In this document: positions 1 through 10,143 of the stretch, piece by piece
How the letters are laid out: every line of letters starts with the position of its first letter
Position numbering within the stretch: the first letter of the stretch is position 1
DNA from: Candidatus Levyibacteriota bacterium
GTDB taxonomy: Bacteria > Patescibacteriota > Microgenomatia > Levybacterales > UBA12049
Direction: 5' to 3'
Length of the DNA: 64,000 bases
Assembly: GCA_013816255.1 (NCBI GenBank)
Contig: JACDET010000001.1
Location: 67,968-131,967, forward strand
Program-made: the position numbers and the translations under genes
The notes under the pieces: generated by a model
Seen by the model: the letters and a program-made list of their open reading frames with translations, nothing else
Told to the model about the DNA's origin: nothing
Databases searched by the model: none

Positions 1-127
1 GATCTGCTTTGTTATCCCAAAAAAGGGAGACATCATGTTGTGCAGCGAGACATTCAGCAATAGTAAGCATGTATTTCTCTCCACCGCCACCATCATCAAG
101 ATAGGGATCAAATATACCAATTCTCAT
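1..127 (-). CDS. GT4-family glycosyltransferase, N-terminal part (runs off the window)
   Basis: Manual translation from ATG 127: MRIGIFDPYLDDGGGGEKYMLTIAECL..., with the GGxE N-terminal loop typical of GT4. Confidence 0.75.
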   Translation of the reverse strand, partial: MRIGIFDPYLDDGGGGEKYMLTIAECLAAQHDVSLFWDNKAD

Positions 128-193
128 TGTTTGATTGTAACAAGTTTTCTACCTCTTGCATACTCAGAATGGTCATGTTAGGATTAAGCTGAA

Positions 194-463
194 ATGAATG
201 AATCACTTCTCGCAAATATTGTCGTCTTCGCTTTCTTTATTTGGACGGTCTTCTGGAAAGGAATTGCACTATGGAGAGCAGCCCATTACCGGCAAAGAAA
301 TTGGTTTGTCGTAATGTTAGTATTAAATCTAAACACCCTCGGCATTATAGAACTCGTCTACCTTTTACGCTTTTCCAAAAAGCGACTAACGCTTGCTGAA
401 GTGAAAACTTGGAAAAATGTGTTTGTTAAGAAAGTCCCGGTTAAGAAAAATAGTACAGATTAA
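194..463 (+). CDS. DUF5652-like small membrane protein
   Basis: WKGxALWRAA...WF...LNTLGI pattern; 2-3 hydrophobic segments. Confidence 0.75.
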   Translation: MNESLLANIVVFAFFIWTVFWKGIALWRAAHYRQRNWFVVMLVLNLNTLGIIELVYLLRFSKKRLTLAEVKTWKNVFVKKVPVKKNSTD

Positions 464-510
464 TTATATACTACCGTCAATTTATTCTCCTTTTACGTTA
501 TAACTTACAA

Positions 511-1260
511 CTATTTTTGCTTTTGTTGTAATTCCCACAAACGAGCATATGTTATGAACATGCTAAAAGCCTGATAAGCACTTTCGATAAATCCTGCTGT
601 GCCCACTTTATATCCTTGTTGTCTCACATATGAATCATAAAAAGCTGTGAGCATTACCCGGTAAAAGCGCCACCATGCCATTGGTGGATGATCTGCCTTG
701 AGTCGTAGATCTGCTTCGATCTTTGACCATTTAATCGTCTTGTCAACCATGCCTGAAAGATCTTGGTGTGTGTAGTGTTTTATGACACCATCGGTAACTT
801 CGCCAACAGGACCATCGACCCGTGCTGATTCATGGAGTTCGCCATACCATTCTTCTAGTTTGGTTTTCTTAAATAAACGTTCAAGTTTTTCAACTGTTGG
901 CCAGGGGTTATTGCCGAGGTAATGATTCTTTCTTTTTAACTTGTATGCAGAGTAGATATCTCGCTTACTGTCTGCAATCCTTTTAATACTCTCAGTTAAA
1001 TCTGGCGATAAACGCTCATCAACATCAAGATAGAGAACCCATTTACCTTTTGCTTTTTTTAAACCCAAATTTCTTTTTTTTGCGAAACTTTCAGACACGT
1101 ATGAGTAAACAAACGCACCCATATGTTTGGCAATTTCAGGCGTTCTGTCTGATGAATTATCATCAATTACAATTACTTCATCACAAAATGATACTGAATC
1201 AATACAGTCTGCAATAAGACTCTCTGCATTTTTTGAAAGTATAATAGCTGAAATTTTCAT
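511..1260 (-). CDS. GT2 glycosyltransferase (beta-1,4-glucosyltransferase-like)
   Basis: VIDDNSSDRT, WVLYLDVDE (DxD), LHE and HYT motifs. Confidence 0.9.
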   Translation of the reverse strand: MKISAIILSKNAESLIADCIDSVSFCDEVIVIDDNSSDRTPEIAKHMGAFVYSYVSESFAKKRNLGLKKAKGKWVLYLDVDERLSPDLTESIKRIADSKRDIYSAYKLKRKNHYLGNNPWPTVEKLERLFKKTKLEEWYGELHESARVDGPVGEVTDGVIKHYTHQDLSGMVDKTIKWSKIEADLRLKADHPPMAWWRFYRVMLTAFYDSYVRQQGYKVGTAGFIESAYQAFSMFITYARLWELQQKQK

Positions 1261-2717
1261 TATTTCGTTTTTTTAATAATTGATACAATATATTTCGTTA
1301 CTTTTTTCAAATCTTTTTGCGCAATTGCCAAAAGAATTCCCATATAAATCGTTCCTGCCACAACCATTTGTACTATGAGTAAGAACCAACTGGTTATAAA
1401 TTGTTGTGTAGCATAGACGCCCAACCCCATGACGATTGCTGCAACTAATTGTTTCCATATAGGACGCACAAAAGAGAAATTAACTTCTTTTTTAACCGGA
1501 TATAAAATCAATAGTACACTTGCCGCAACAACGAATGAAGCCGCAGCTACCCCATTATACCCAAAGTTTTGGATAAATAATACTGTAAGTACCCACGAAA
1601 GAATTGTCCAAAAAACCATATACCGTAATGTAATGTTTACTTTCCCAATTGCATTGAGCACATTGGTTAGTGGTACGGTAATTGAGGCAAATAGTGAATT
1701 AAGAGAAAAGAACATCAGTGCAATGAGCGCTGGCTCCCACTTTTGGTATCCTGGTATAAGGTCAATTAGTGAGGGAGAGAAAGTAATAATTGCTGCAACG
1801 ATTGGAAAGATAATAAACGATATTAAAAAGAGCGATTTCTCTATAACTATTTTTAACGCACCCGGATCATTTTGCAGTCGGCTGTATGATGGAAAAGTAA
1901 CTTTTATAACATTATCCATAACGAGGCGTAAAGGCATAAATGCCCACTTCTGAGCAAATCCTATGTAACCCACTTGTGTCAGTGGTAACAAAGACGCAAC
2001 ATACAGATTTAAGAGATCATCTTTAATGAGCGCTAGTATACTATTTCCCTGAAATGGCGAACCTTTTGAAACAAGATCTTTTATCAACTTTCTTTTTAAC
2101 GCAAATCCGACATCCCATGGTTGTATCCAATATATGAGAGGTAGCCCAATAATACTTCGTAGTAAGATCGCGATAGTAAATGTTGTGACACCATATCCCA
2201 TTATGGCAAAAACAATCAGTGCGATACTGTAGACAAGACTCTCTGCTATTTGTGGGATCACAAGTTTATGAAAATCTAACTTACGCTCGAGAAGCGCTGT
2301 TGGAATGGTTTTGAGTGAAGACAAAACAAATGATGCAAGATATGCATAAAGAACATAAATGCCATCTTGACTAAGATTAAAGGTATTGGCAATTTGTTCA
2401 GAAAATACATATGTAGGAATTACTATCAATAGAACGAGAATTTGCTGAATAGTAAATGTCGTTCGCAACTCTTCAAGGGTTGGTTCTGCTTTTTTTTGAA
2501 TAATCAGTGCCGCAAGTCCGATGTCTTGAAAATACGCGAGGAAAACATTAATGGCTGACACGACGAAGAATACACCAAACATCGATGGGTCAAGATACAA
2601 TGTGAGGACAAAATTACTGACAATTGCCAATATTTGCACAAGAAAAGAACGGGAAACAAGAGCAAACATCCCTTGCACAGACTTTTTAGCAACTACTTGT
2701 AGATCAGTATCTTCCAT
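1260..2717 (-). CDS. Wzx-type oligosaccharide flippase
   Basis: ~12 TM segments; DIGLAALIIQK and LLERKLDF motifs; GT context. Confidence 0.85.
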   Translation of the reverse strand: MEDTDLQVVAKKSVQGMFALVSRSFLVQILAIVSNFVLTLYLDPSMFGVFFVVSAINVFLAYFQDIGLAALIIQKKAEPTLEELRTTFTIQQILVLLIVIPTYVFSEQIANTFNLSQDGIYVLYAYLASFVLSSLKTIPTALLERKLDFHKLVIPQIAESLVYSIALIVFAIMGYGVTTFTIAILLRSIIGLPLIYWIQPWDVGFALKRKLIKDLVSKGSPFQGNSILALIKDDLLNLYVASLLPLTQVGYIGFAQKWAFMPLRLVMDNVIKVTFPSYSRLQNDPGALKIVIEKSLFLISFIIFPIVAAIITFSPSLIDLIPGYQKWEPALIALMFFSLNSLFASITVPLTNVLNAIGKVNITLRYMVFWTILSWVLTVLFIQNFGYNGVAAASFVVAASVLLILYPVKKEVNFSFVRPIWKQLVAAIVMGLGVYATQQFITSWFLLIVQMVVAGTIYMGILLAIAQKDLKKVTKYIVSIIKKTK

Positions 2718-3444
2718 TTTTTAAATCCCACCAAAGGATAAAACTTTCAAAAATTGCCCGCAGGACAACTTGAAAATTTGCGCCACTTTGATCACCATGT
2801 GTTCTGGGATAATGAGTAACACCTACTTCGGCAATCCGCAACTTTTTACGTTTTGCTTTTGCAAGAATTTCAGTTGAAACCATAGCACCTTCAGAACGGA
2901 TGGGCATAATTGTTTCTATTGCTTCTTTTCTGAACATCTTGAAAGCACAATCAATGTCTTTAAAATGTACTCTAAATAGTATAAATACATTAAGTTTCAA
3001 TAAATACATAAGCAATAATCTCTTCAGTAGATTTCTGTCACGACGCTTTTTACGGTATCCAATGACGAGATCTGCTTCCGGAATGCGTTCAACAAATTTT
3101 GTCACTTCCCCAAAGTTAAACTGTAAATCTCCATCAGTAAAAACAATATATTTGTACTTGGCATGAGAAAATCCTGAATTTAGTGCAGCGCCATATCCTC
3201 TGTTTGGTTGATGTGTTACAACCCGAAGTCTTTTGTCTTTTGCAGCTAAACGTTTTGCGATTTCAAGTGTTTTATCTGTTGATCCATCATCCACCATTAT
3301 GATTTCCCATTTCTCAGCAACTTTATTTGCAATAGGAATTGTGCTGGCTACAACTTTTGCTATGTTTTCTTCTTCGTTCCAAAAAGGAAAGAATATTGAT
3401 AACGACGGTAATTTATTTATTTTTACGTTTTTTATTTTTTCCAT
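2704..3444 (-). CDS. GT2 polyprenol-phosphate glycosyltransferase (DPM1-like)
   Basis: P.WNEEENI, VDDGSTD, NRGYGAA, TDGDLQ, DIDCAFK. Confidence 0.88.
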   Translation of the reverse strand: MEKIKNVKINKLPSLSIFFPFWNEEENIAKVVASTIPIANKVAEKWEIIMVDDGSTDKTLEIAKRLAAKDKRLRVVTHQPNRGYGAALNSGFSHAKYKYIVFTDGDLQFNFGEVTKFVERIPEADLVIGYRKKRRDRNLLKRLLLMYLLKLNVFILFRVHFKDIDCAFKMFRKEAIETIMPIRSEGAMVSTEILAKAKRKKLRIAEVGVTHYPRTHGDQSGANFQVVLRAIFESFILWWDLKNGRY

Positions 3445-5152
3445 GATGAGAAGTTTTATTTTTTCTTAATAAGATTAAAATTATATATAATAGTATACCA
3501 ATTATGCTAGTTGCAGATAAAACATTACCAAGCATTCTGGCTGGTGTATCAGTATATTTTACCTCAATACTATGATTACCGGAAGGGACATTAAATTGTA
3601 ATAATTTCAGCCTATTGTTATCACTATATGTCACTTCATTCATATCTATAAAGACGTTCCAACCAGGATAACTAAATTGATTGATACGTACTATCCCTCC
3701 ACTTCCACTCACAAAATACTTTTTGTAATGTGGTTTTATACTTTCTTCTTTTAGACGTATATCTCCTTTAATGACTGTGTAACTACTCGTTGCTACTTGC
3801 TCTTTTGTGATATCTATTTTGGTACCAAAGTTTGTTTCTTTTGTTGCAACTCCATTGGGAACATACTCAAAAGCCATAATACTTGTTTTCCACTTAATCA
3901 CATCAAGATTAATGTAATCTGTGTCTGTGACATTTTTGAAGTATTCTTTTGGTGTGAAATAGTCTTTGTAAAAGAATACAGTTCCTATCATAAGGACGGC
4001 AGCTACAATTGCTTTTATTCTTTCTGATTTTATGACTAGCACAAGTGCTCCGACAAGAAACGATGAGGCAAATGCTGTGAATAAGAGAAAGCGCCATGGA
4101 AACTGTATGTATGCAAAGAACTGAAGATTGTCCCATACAAAATCAGAGTGAAACGTCATCATAAACGTTGCTAAAGAAAACATGGCAATAAAAAGAAAAA
4201 GTATTTTCCATGAAGTATTTTTTTTTAAGTATAACCATAAACCTGCGATTCCAGCCAGAATACTACCAATAATATGTACTTTCCCAATTTGGAACGTTAG
4301 ACCATCTTCGGGGCCAGGAAGTGAACCACCATATCCCCAAGCAGAATTCCATAATTGCCTGAGATATACATAGTGCTGATTATAATCTGCCGACTCCATC
4401 GTCAATAATTTAATCATCGTTGTATTTCTTTCAAAAAAAGATGGAATCCAAAATGAAGCTGAAAGCGTCAATCCTATGAGACCGCTTAACGCAACTTGTT
4501 GCATAAACCTTTTTTTCTCTGTTGTTTCCCACAAAAGAAACAATAGATACATCGCGATAAATATACCGCTCATCATCGCGACGAGATTATGCGTGAGGAT
4601 CAAGCATGTAAAGAAAATACCTGAGAGAATGAGATATAAAGGTTTCTTCGTATCTGCCAATTTTTTGTATGCCCAAAAGATTGCCGGAACGAAAACAAAT
4701 GACCAAAACTCTGGTAGGGCTCCCCGGACATACACGTCAACAGCATGGTAAGGAACATACGTATAAACGACAGCCGCGACTAATCCTCCATATTTGCCTA
4801 AGTATTCTTTGGAGAAAATATACATAAAATATGCGGCTAGCAAAAAACCCAAACCGATCATCAATTCTACTGAAGCGATATAGCCAATTCCAAAAAGGAC
4901 AAATACTTCAGCGACATAATACACAAACGGTGGATAGAAATTAAAAAGTGGATACCCATATCCAAAACCTAAATTTTGAGAAATTCTCACGGGAAAGTGT
5001 CCAGATTTTATTGACTGATCAAGTTCGTATAATCTCCCAACTTGCTCATCATCGTGGATGGAAAAAAAACCGGGTTCTAATAATGGGGATACTGACCAAT
5101 AGGACAGAACTATAAGGACAATAACAGGTAAAAATGTAATAAATCGTTTCAT
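3413..5152 (-). CDS. GT-C membrane glycosyltransferase (PTPS-related membrane protein/YfhO-like)
   Basis: HDD acidic loop, GYGYPLFNFYPP, YVRGALPE, IQFPWR, YPGW; multi-TM. Confidence 0.8.
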   Translation of the reverse strand: MKRFITFLPVIVLIVLSYWSVSPLLEPGFFSIHDDEQVGRLYELDQSIKSGHFPVRISQNLGFGYGYPLFNFYPPFVYYVAEVFVLFGIGYIASVELMIGLGFLLAAYFMYIFSKEYLGKYGGLVAAVVYTYVPYHAVDVYVRGALPEFWSFVFVPAIFWAYKKLADTKKPLYLILSGIFFTCLILTHNLVAMMSGIFIAMYLLFLLWETTEKKRFMQQVALSGLIGLTLSASFWIPSFFERNTTMIKLLTMESADYNQHYVYLRQLWNSAWGYGGSLPGPEDGLTFQIGKVHIIGSILAGIAGLWLYLKKNTSWKILFLFIAMFSLATFMMTFHSDFVWDNLQFFAYIQFPWRFLLFTAFASSFLVGALVLVIKSERIKAIVAAVLMIGTVFFYKDYFTPKEYFKNVTDTDYINLDVIKWKTSIMAFEYVPNGVATKETNFGTKIDITKEQVATSSYTVIKGDIRLKEESIKPHYKKYFVSGSGGIVRINQFSYPGWNVFIDMNEVTYSDNNRLKLLQFNVPSGNHSIEVKYTDTPARMLGNVLSATSIIGILLYIILILLRKNKTSHHGKNKKRKNK

Positions 5153-6705
5153 TGTGCAGTATTCACCTGATAAATAACAACGCGTGTTGTCGTCCCATTT
5201 TTTACAAACTCTTTAACCTTTGTAACTGGCCATCCTTTCGGAGCATCACCTGGCCGAGGACAGATACCTCCTGGACATGGTTGGTAAAATACAAAATATG
5301 TCGGAGTAATTTTGGCTTGATCGGAAAGCTCTTGTGGGAAAGTTGGGGTAATTTCCCAATAAAATCCTTTTATAGTTATCTCAGGATTTCGAGTAAGATA
5401 AAGTTCTATCCCCTGAGGATATAGCCCAAATGTACCTTCAGTCGCGACATATATTTTGCTTTTTTGTGCTTCAGATGCAAAGAAGTCAACAACTTCCGAG
5501 AGCCCCCAACCACTTGTCCAAGCTGTAACGTATTGCGATTTATCTGCTTGAGCAATAGGTCCTGTGATAGGATTATGTGCAAAACTTACCGAGACATACA
5601 ATGGATATGCAACTGCAGCGACAATAACAAGTAAGGTGGCGAGATTTCGTGTGAAAGAAGCTTTCCCTACTTTTTCTTTGACTACCTCAATTATATACCC
5701 AAGTCCCCACCCTGCGAGCAAAAGGAGAGGAAGAGTCATAAAGAAGAAATAGCGTGCAAATATTTGATTGGCGATAAAAGCAAATCCTACAAACGGTAAG
5801 AGAAAGTAAAGAAGAAGCATTATTTTTTCTTTGAAATCTTTTTTGATCAATATGAGCGAAATAACGAGTAAGATGATATACGGGAGCGTGAGATACTCCA
5901 CAAGTGGCGGAAGCATTCCATTTAAATTACTTACGACATACGCAAAAGGTTGCTGTATCCATTCACTGAAAGGATGATAAAAGCTGTTGTTTTTCTGGCT
6001 TATGACATTTGGTAAAGGCGAAAGACGCAAGACCTGGTACATGAGTTGTGCGATTATGATTGAAACCAAAGCAAACCCCGCCCACTTCCCAAGCCGTTTC
6101 TTGACAAGTTTTTGCTTCCAGTCAAAAAGAAAAAGTGTTAATGGCAATAAATAAATACTTAAAAGATTTGATGTTTTTGTCAAAATACCGGCGCCTAATA
6201 TGAATCCCAATGTATATGCAATATCTAATCGTACATGCCGTACAAAGACTATCGCCAAATAGAGTGACCATATGAAAAACATCGCCACCATACTGTCATA
6301 GAGCGCCATTCGATCCATAACTTGCGCAAAAGGAGAAGCAAGATATAAAAGCATGGTAAGGAGAGCCACATTAAGTTTCTTAAACAATACATAACTTACC
6401 ATTCCAAGTCCCAACATAGTGACAAATCCTGAAAGGACCGAAACAATTCTTCCTGCAACAAGTGGATCGTCAATAAGCCGTATAAAGGGCATCATTACCC
6501 AGATAAAAAGCGGTTGCTTGCCATCAGTGAGAGAAAGGAAACGGTACGCCGGATCATAGAGACCAGTTTGTGCCCATCTGAGGTAAATTGCTTCGTCGGT
6601 AAAAATAGGGAGTGATGTGAGGTTGTATAGCCTGACTGCAAAATATAAAGCACTCAAAGCAATAACAAGCGTAATTGGAAAAATATACTTTTTAAGCGTA
6701 TGCAT
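5149..6705 (-). CDS. GT-C glycosyltransferase (PMT/ArnT-like)
   Basis: PIFTDEAIY, DGKQPL, RMALYD; multi-TM. Confidence 0.8.
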   Translation of the reverse strand: MHTLKKYIFPITLVIALSALYFAVRLYNLTSLPIFTDEAIYLRWAQTGLYDPAYRFLSLTDGKQPLFIWVMMPFIRLIDDPLVAGRIVSVLSGFVTMLGLGMVSYVLFKKLNVALLTMLLYLASPFAQVMDRMALYDSMVAMFFIWSLYLAIVFVRHVRLDIAYTLGFILGAGILTKTSNLLSIYLLPLTLFLFDWKQKLVKKRLGKWAGFALVSIIIAQLMYQVLRLSPLPNVISQKNNSFYHPFSEWIQQPFAYVVSNLNGMLPPLVEYLTLPYIILLVISLILIKKDFKEKIMLLLYFLLPFVGFAFIANQIFARYFFFMTLPLLLLAGWGLGYIIEVVKEKVGKASFTRNLATLLVIVAAVAYPLYVSVSFAHNPITGPIAQADKSQYVTAWTSGWGLSEVVDFFASEAQKSKIYVATEGTFGLYPQGIELYLTRNPEITIKGFYWEITPTFPQELSDQAKITPTYFVFYQPCPGGICPRPGDAPKGWPVTKVKEFVKNGTTTRVVIYQVNTAQ

Positions 6706-6716
6706 TGTAACTATTA

Positions 6717-6759
6717 TATACTCCTCTTAGTTCATTTTACAAATAGTGTCCTATGCCTC
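6717..6759 (-). promoter_or_regulatory. Sigma70-type promoter of the 6705 gene; partial copy of the dispersed element at 15470 and 44996
   Basis: Minus strand TTGTAA-N18-TATAAT, 7 nt before ATG; flanks resemble the repeated element. Confidence 0.55.
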
Positions 6760-6771
6760 TTGGGCAAATAC

Positions 6772-8016
6772 TTATTTTTTATTGTTCTTTACTCTTCGTG
6801 CAAATTGCACTTGCATGAAAAAGAAATATATACCAACAATAAGAAAAGAAAGACTATAACTTAAAAAGTTCATGTCTGAAAGCTGCTGTGGAATTGGTGG
6901 GTTCCAGTTTCCTGATTGAAGAAACGGCACATAATTTAGTAATGCAAAGAATGAAATCGTGACAGATGGAATAATAATATAATATCTGTGAGAAATTAAT
7001 GCTGCAAACGCTAAAGTATCAATCAAATACCACGGTTGGAAATTGCTTCGTAGTGATTGCGCAATAACTCCTCCTATGAGTAGCATAAGACAAGCTCCAA
7101 AAACATAATTCCAGCGGATTTTTATATGTTGTGATTTCATGCGCTGAACAACCAAAAAAACTGGCAACAAAGCTGCAGTTACAAACTTTATCCCTATAGA
7201 AGCAAAAAGCATTCCGTATGAAGGAATATATTTTTCTTTTACGAAAAAATATATTGCCCACAAAGCCGCACACATCATAACGATATCAATATGAGCACTT
7301 ACAACACTTTCTACAAGGATGAGCGGATTAAGACCAAAGAAGAGTATTCCAAGAACTTCTCTCTCCGGTGCTACTTTTTGCAATATTTTTCCTATGAAGT
7401 AAACACAGCCGACAAAACTTGCAACAATAAATAGCTTGAAAAGTAAAAAGGTAATGAGAAAAATTTGGAGACCAATAAACGATAGCGGCACTGTGAGGGC
7501 AAGCCATACTGGACCATATGGGTACACTCGGTGTGTCCAACGCATAAAAGAAAGCATAGGATCTTGTGGATAATCAAGCGCTTTTTGCATATATGGATTT
7601 TGTCCGTATTCAGTGATGATCTTTGCGTCAAAAATATAATTGAAGATATCATAAGAAAATGCGTTATAAGAAAAAGTCAGCACTATTGTCGCTGTACCAA
7701 TAAGTAACCATGCAAACGTTTTGCTTATTTTCTTTTTACATGCCATACGCAAAAAAGTTATATAGAAAATAAATAATGTGAGTGCTATTGCTATAAAAAG
7801 AGTTGTTGATAGCGGACGGTTGAAGTAACCAATTTGTTGAAATGATTTTACAATCTCTTGAAGACCCTCATTACGTGACAGTGCAAGGCTTAAATCTATT
7901 TGTGTAAATGAATAGAAAAATAGACTGAAAAGCGGTATAAGATAAAAAAAGAATAAGAGTTTTTCTTTAAAAGATAAACGTAGAAAGTGGTTAGGTACAT
8001 GCCGTATTCTGTCCAT
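6772..8016 (-). CDS. GT-C polyprenol-phosphomannose-dependent mannosyltransferase-like (MptB/GT87-like)
   Basis: SYDIFNY, NPY, YPYGPVW, LNPL...AHID, QPWY. Confidence 0.75.
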   Translation of the reverse strand: MDRIRHVPNHFLRLSFKEKLLFFFYLIPLFSLFFYSFTQIDLSLALSRNEGLQEIVKSFQQIGYFNRPLSTTLFIAIALTLFIFYITFLRMACKKKISKTFAWLLIGTATIVLTFSYNAFSYDIFNYIFDAKIITEYGQNPYMQKALDYPQDPMLSFMRWTHRVYPYGPVWLALTVPLSFIGLQIFLITFLLFKLFIVASFVGCVYFIGKILQKVAPEREVLGILFFGLNPLILVESVVSAHIDIVMMCAALWAIYFFVKEKYIPSYGMLFASIGIKFVTAALLPVFLVVQRMKSQHIKIRWNYVFGACLMLLIGGVIAQSLRSNFQPWYLIDTLAFAALISHRYYIIIPSVTISFFALLNYVPFLQSGNWNPPIPQQLSDMNFLSYSLSFLIVGIYFFFMQVQFARRVKNNKK

Positions 8017-8020
8017 TATA

Positions 8021-8779
8021 TTATTTATATTTACCCGCTAGTACATTCTTTTTAATTTTTATTAAATCTTTTACTCCTTGAAGGGCGTCACGTACCGGAT
8101 TAACTCGACGTGTTTCAACATGGAGCCAATTGACTGGTACTTCTTTAATTTTGTATCTACTTTTTTTTGCCAGATATAATATCTCTATATCAGAACCAAA
8201 AGTAATTGCTGTTCCTTTTATTTTTGTAAAACCATTTTTTATTTTTGTAAGTTTTGTAAAAACGGTATCTGCAGCATCTCCTGTGAATAATTTAAATCCA
8301 CATTGTGTATCAGTAATTTCGGGGATTCCTACCAACATTTTTCTTAAAATAATTGCACTTCGTGAAATAAAGAGTCGAATCCCAGGCGCCCCTTTGCGAA
8401 ACGTACTTCGTGAACCGATCGCAATGTCATATTTCCCACTTTCAAGGTACGGAAGTAGTGTGTTTATCTCTTCAATTGGTGTTGCTTGATCCATATCAGT
8501 AAACAGCCGGTACTTTCCTGTTGCTTTGAGCATACCTGTGGTTACTGCACCTGCTTTGCCATAATGAGGATTTTTGATAAGGGTAAAATACGGATTTTCA
8601 CTAATAAATTTTTCGATGAACGCAACACTTCCGTCTGTTGAGCCATCGTCCGCGATGATAACTTCATATGCAACCTTTTTTCTATCAAGGAAATGCTGTA
8701 CCTTATCAAGCACACCTTTTTGTAAATTAGCCATCTCATCATAACAAGGTATGACTACTGATAAATATATTTCTTTCAT
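8021..8779 (-). CDS. GT2 dolichyl/polyprenyl-phosphate beta-glucosyltransferase-like
   Basis: ADDGSTD, GKAGAV, FTDMDQATP, DTQCGFK; ATG 8779 preferred over TTG 8791. Confidence 0.88.
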   Translation of the reverse strand: MKEIYLSVVIPCYDEMANLQKGVLDKVQHFLDRKKVAYEVIIADDGSTDGSVAFIEKFISENPYFTLIKNPHYGKAGAVTTGMLKATGKYRLFTDMDQATPIEEINTLLPYLESGKYDIAIGSRSTFRKGAPGIRLFISRSAIILRKMLVGIPEITDTQCGFKLFTGDAADTVFTKLTKIKNGFTKIKGTAITFGSDIEILYLAKKSRYKIKEVPVNWLHVETRRVNPVRDALQGVKDLIKIKKNVLAGKYK

Positions 8780-8846
8780 GCCCTTTCGCAATCAACAATT
8801 ACGTCGACGCGTTCCTTTCTTAGAGTAATTTCTTTATATTCCATAT

Positions 8847-8891
8847 GCTTCGGAGGCATGACCCTTTCGCAGCTTTAGCGAAGAAGGGTCA
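8847..8891. repeat. REP-like GC-rich palindrome
   Basis: TGACCCTT...AAGGGTCA hairpin; shares GCTTCGGAGG and CTTCGC..AAGCT words with 23195-23231. Confidence 0.5.
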
Positions 8892-9014
8892 CTCTTGGAT
8901 TATATACCACTGGACTATTACTTTACAAACCTAAGTTACTGCAAATTAGCCTCGCAACAAACAATAACTGGCTTTATAATCAACTATTCTTTATACTTGT
9001 GAGGTAATAAGCCT

Positions 9015-10037
9015 ATGACACAGACCTTTGCGAGCCTTCCACAACCTATTGAAAATGCTATTGTTTCAATTCTCAGTGAACGCGACACAAGTGAATTGGA
9101 TACCAAAGCACATGAACTTCATAACAAATATACCGCTCAAGATAAAGGAAATCACAAAAGTTATTTTCAAGATTTTGAAAGTACGGTCGCGTACCTTGCA
9201 TTACGGGTTCCAGCAACCTATGCACAAAGTTATGCAACGATTGCGAACGTTCACGAACTTGTCCCTTCATGGCAACCGAAAACTATTCTTGATATAGGAA
9301 GCGGACCTGGCACCGCAATTTGGGCAGCAAGCGAAATCTGGCCTTCTTTAACAGATGCAACGGCAATTGAGCAGCATAATTCCCTCGTTTCACTGGGTAA
9401 ACAAATTGCGACGACTGCAGAATTATCTATCGCAACAACTTGGTTACGACAAGATATCCGCGAAGGTATAGATGAAGATGACACAACATATGATGTGGTA
9501 ATTATTGCAAATGTACTCAACGAATTAAGTACAACAGCAGCCGACAAACTCATCGGTCAAGCATTGAATAAAACAAGTGGCGTACTGGTAATTGTTGAAC
9601 CAGGGACACCAGCTGGGAGTGTTATTGTCCAGAATGCAGCGAAAAAACTTGGCAAAGCAGGAAACCTTCTTGCTCCATACATTAATAACACATTCTTCAA
9701 CGACGATAACTATTATTTACACTTCTCGCAAAAGTTCATCCGTCCCGAATTTCAGAGAAGACTCAGACAACAAATGCGGGAAAGCTCTCTCATGGCTTCC
9801 GATTGGGAAGACGCAAAGTACACATACACAATTATCAGTAAACTTGCACCTGAAATAACACCTTGGGGCAGATGTGTCGGCCCAATCCAAGTACAAAAAG
9901 GCTTTCTTGAAATTCCTGTTCTTACCAAAGATGGGATTGAAAAAATAAAAGTTATGAAACGGTATAGAGAGCAATACAATAGTGCAAAGAATGTAAAATG
10001 GGGAGATGTGGTTTCATTGCCTTACGAGCCTCAATGA
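9015..10037 (+). CDS. Rsm22/METTL17-family SAM-dependent methyltransferase-like protein
   Basis: AYLALRVPATYA, LDIGSGPGT, IVEPGTPAG, HFSQ, EDAKYTY, KWGD. Confidence 0.85.
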   Translation: MTQTFASLPQPIENAIVSILSERDTSELDTKAHELHNKYTAQDKGNHKSYFQDFESTVAYLALRVPATYAQSYATIANVHELVPSWQPKTILDIGSGPGTAIWAASEIWPSLTDATAIEQHNSLVSLGKQIATTAELSIATTWLRQDIREGIDEDDTTYDVVIIANVLNELSTTAADKLIGQALNKTSGVLVIVEPGTPAGSVIVQNAAKKLGKAGNLLAPYINNTFFNDDNYYLHFSQKFIRPEFQRRLRQQMRESSLMASDWEDAKYTYTIISKLAPEITPWGRCVGPIQVQKGFLEIPVLTKDGIEKIKVMKRYREQYNSAKNVKWGDVVSLPYEPQ

Positions 10038-10059
10038 GGTAAAATAAAACGACGTGTTT

Positions 10060-10131
10060 GGCCCGTTCGTATATCGGTTAGTACACCAGGTTCTCATCCT
10101 GGGAAGATGGTTTCGACTACCATACGGGTCA
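10060..10131 (+). tRNA. tRNA-Glu (anticodon CTC); CCA not encoded
   Basis: Acceptor stem GGCCCGT/ACGGGTC; anticodon arm CCAGG-TTCTCAT-CCTGG; T arm ATGGT-TTCGACT-ACCAT. Confidence 0.95.
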
Positions 10132-10143
10132 CAAACTCAGGAG

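Noticed and set aside
8776-8859. 27-aa minus-strand ORF (MPPKHMEYKEITLRKERVDVIVDCERA) overlapping the GT start by ATGA
   Set aside because: It starts inside a REP-like hairpin and has at most a vague resemblance to a GxxExxY fragment; insufficient support.
10060-10143. tRNA-Glu as an integration site
   Set aside because: No duplicate of its 3' end and no integrase found in the window.
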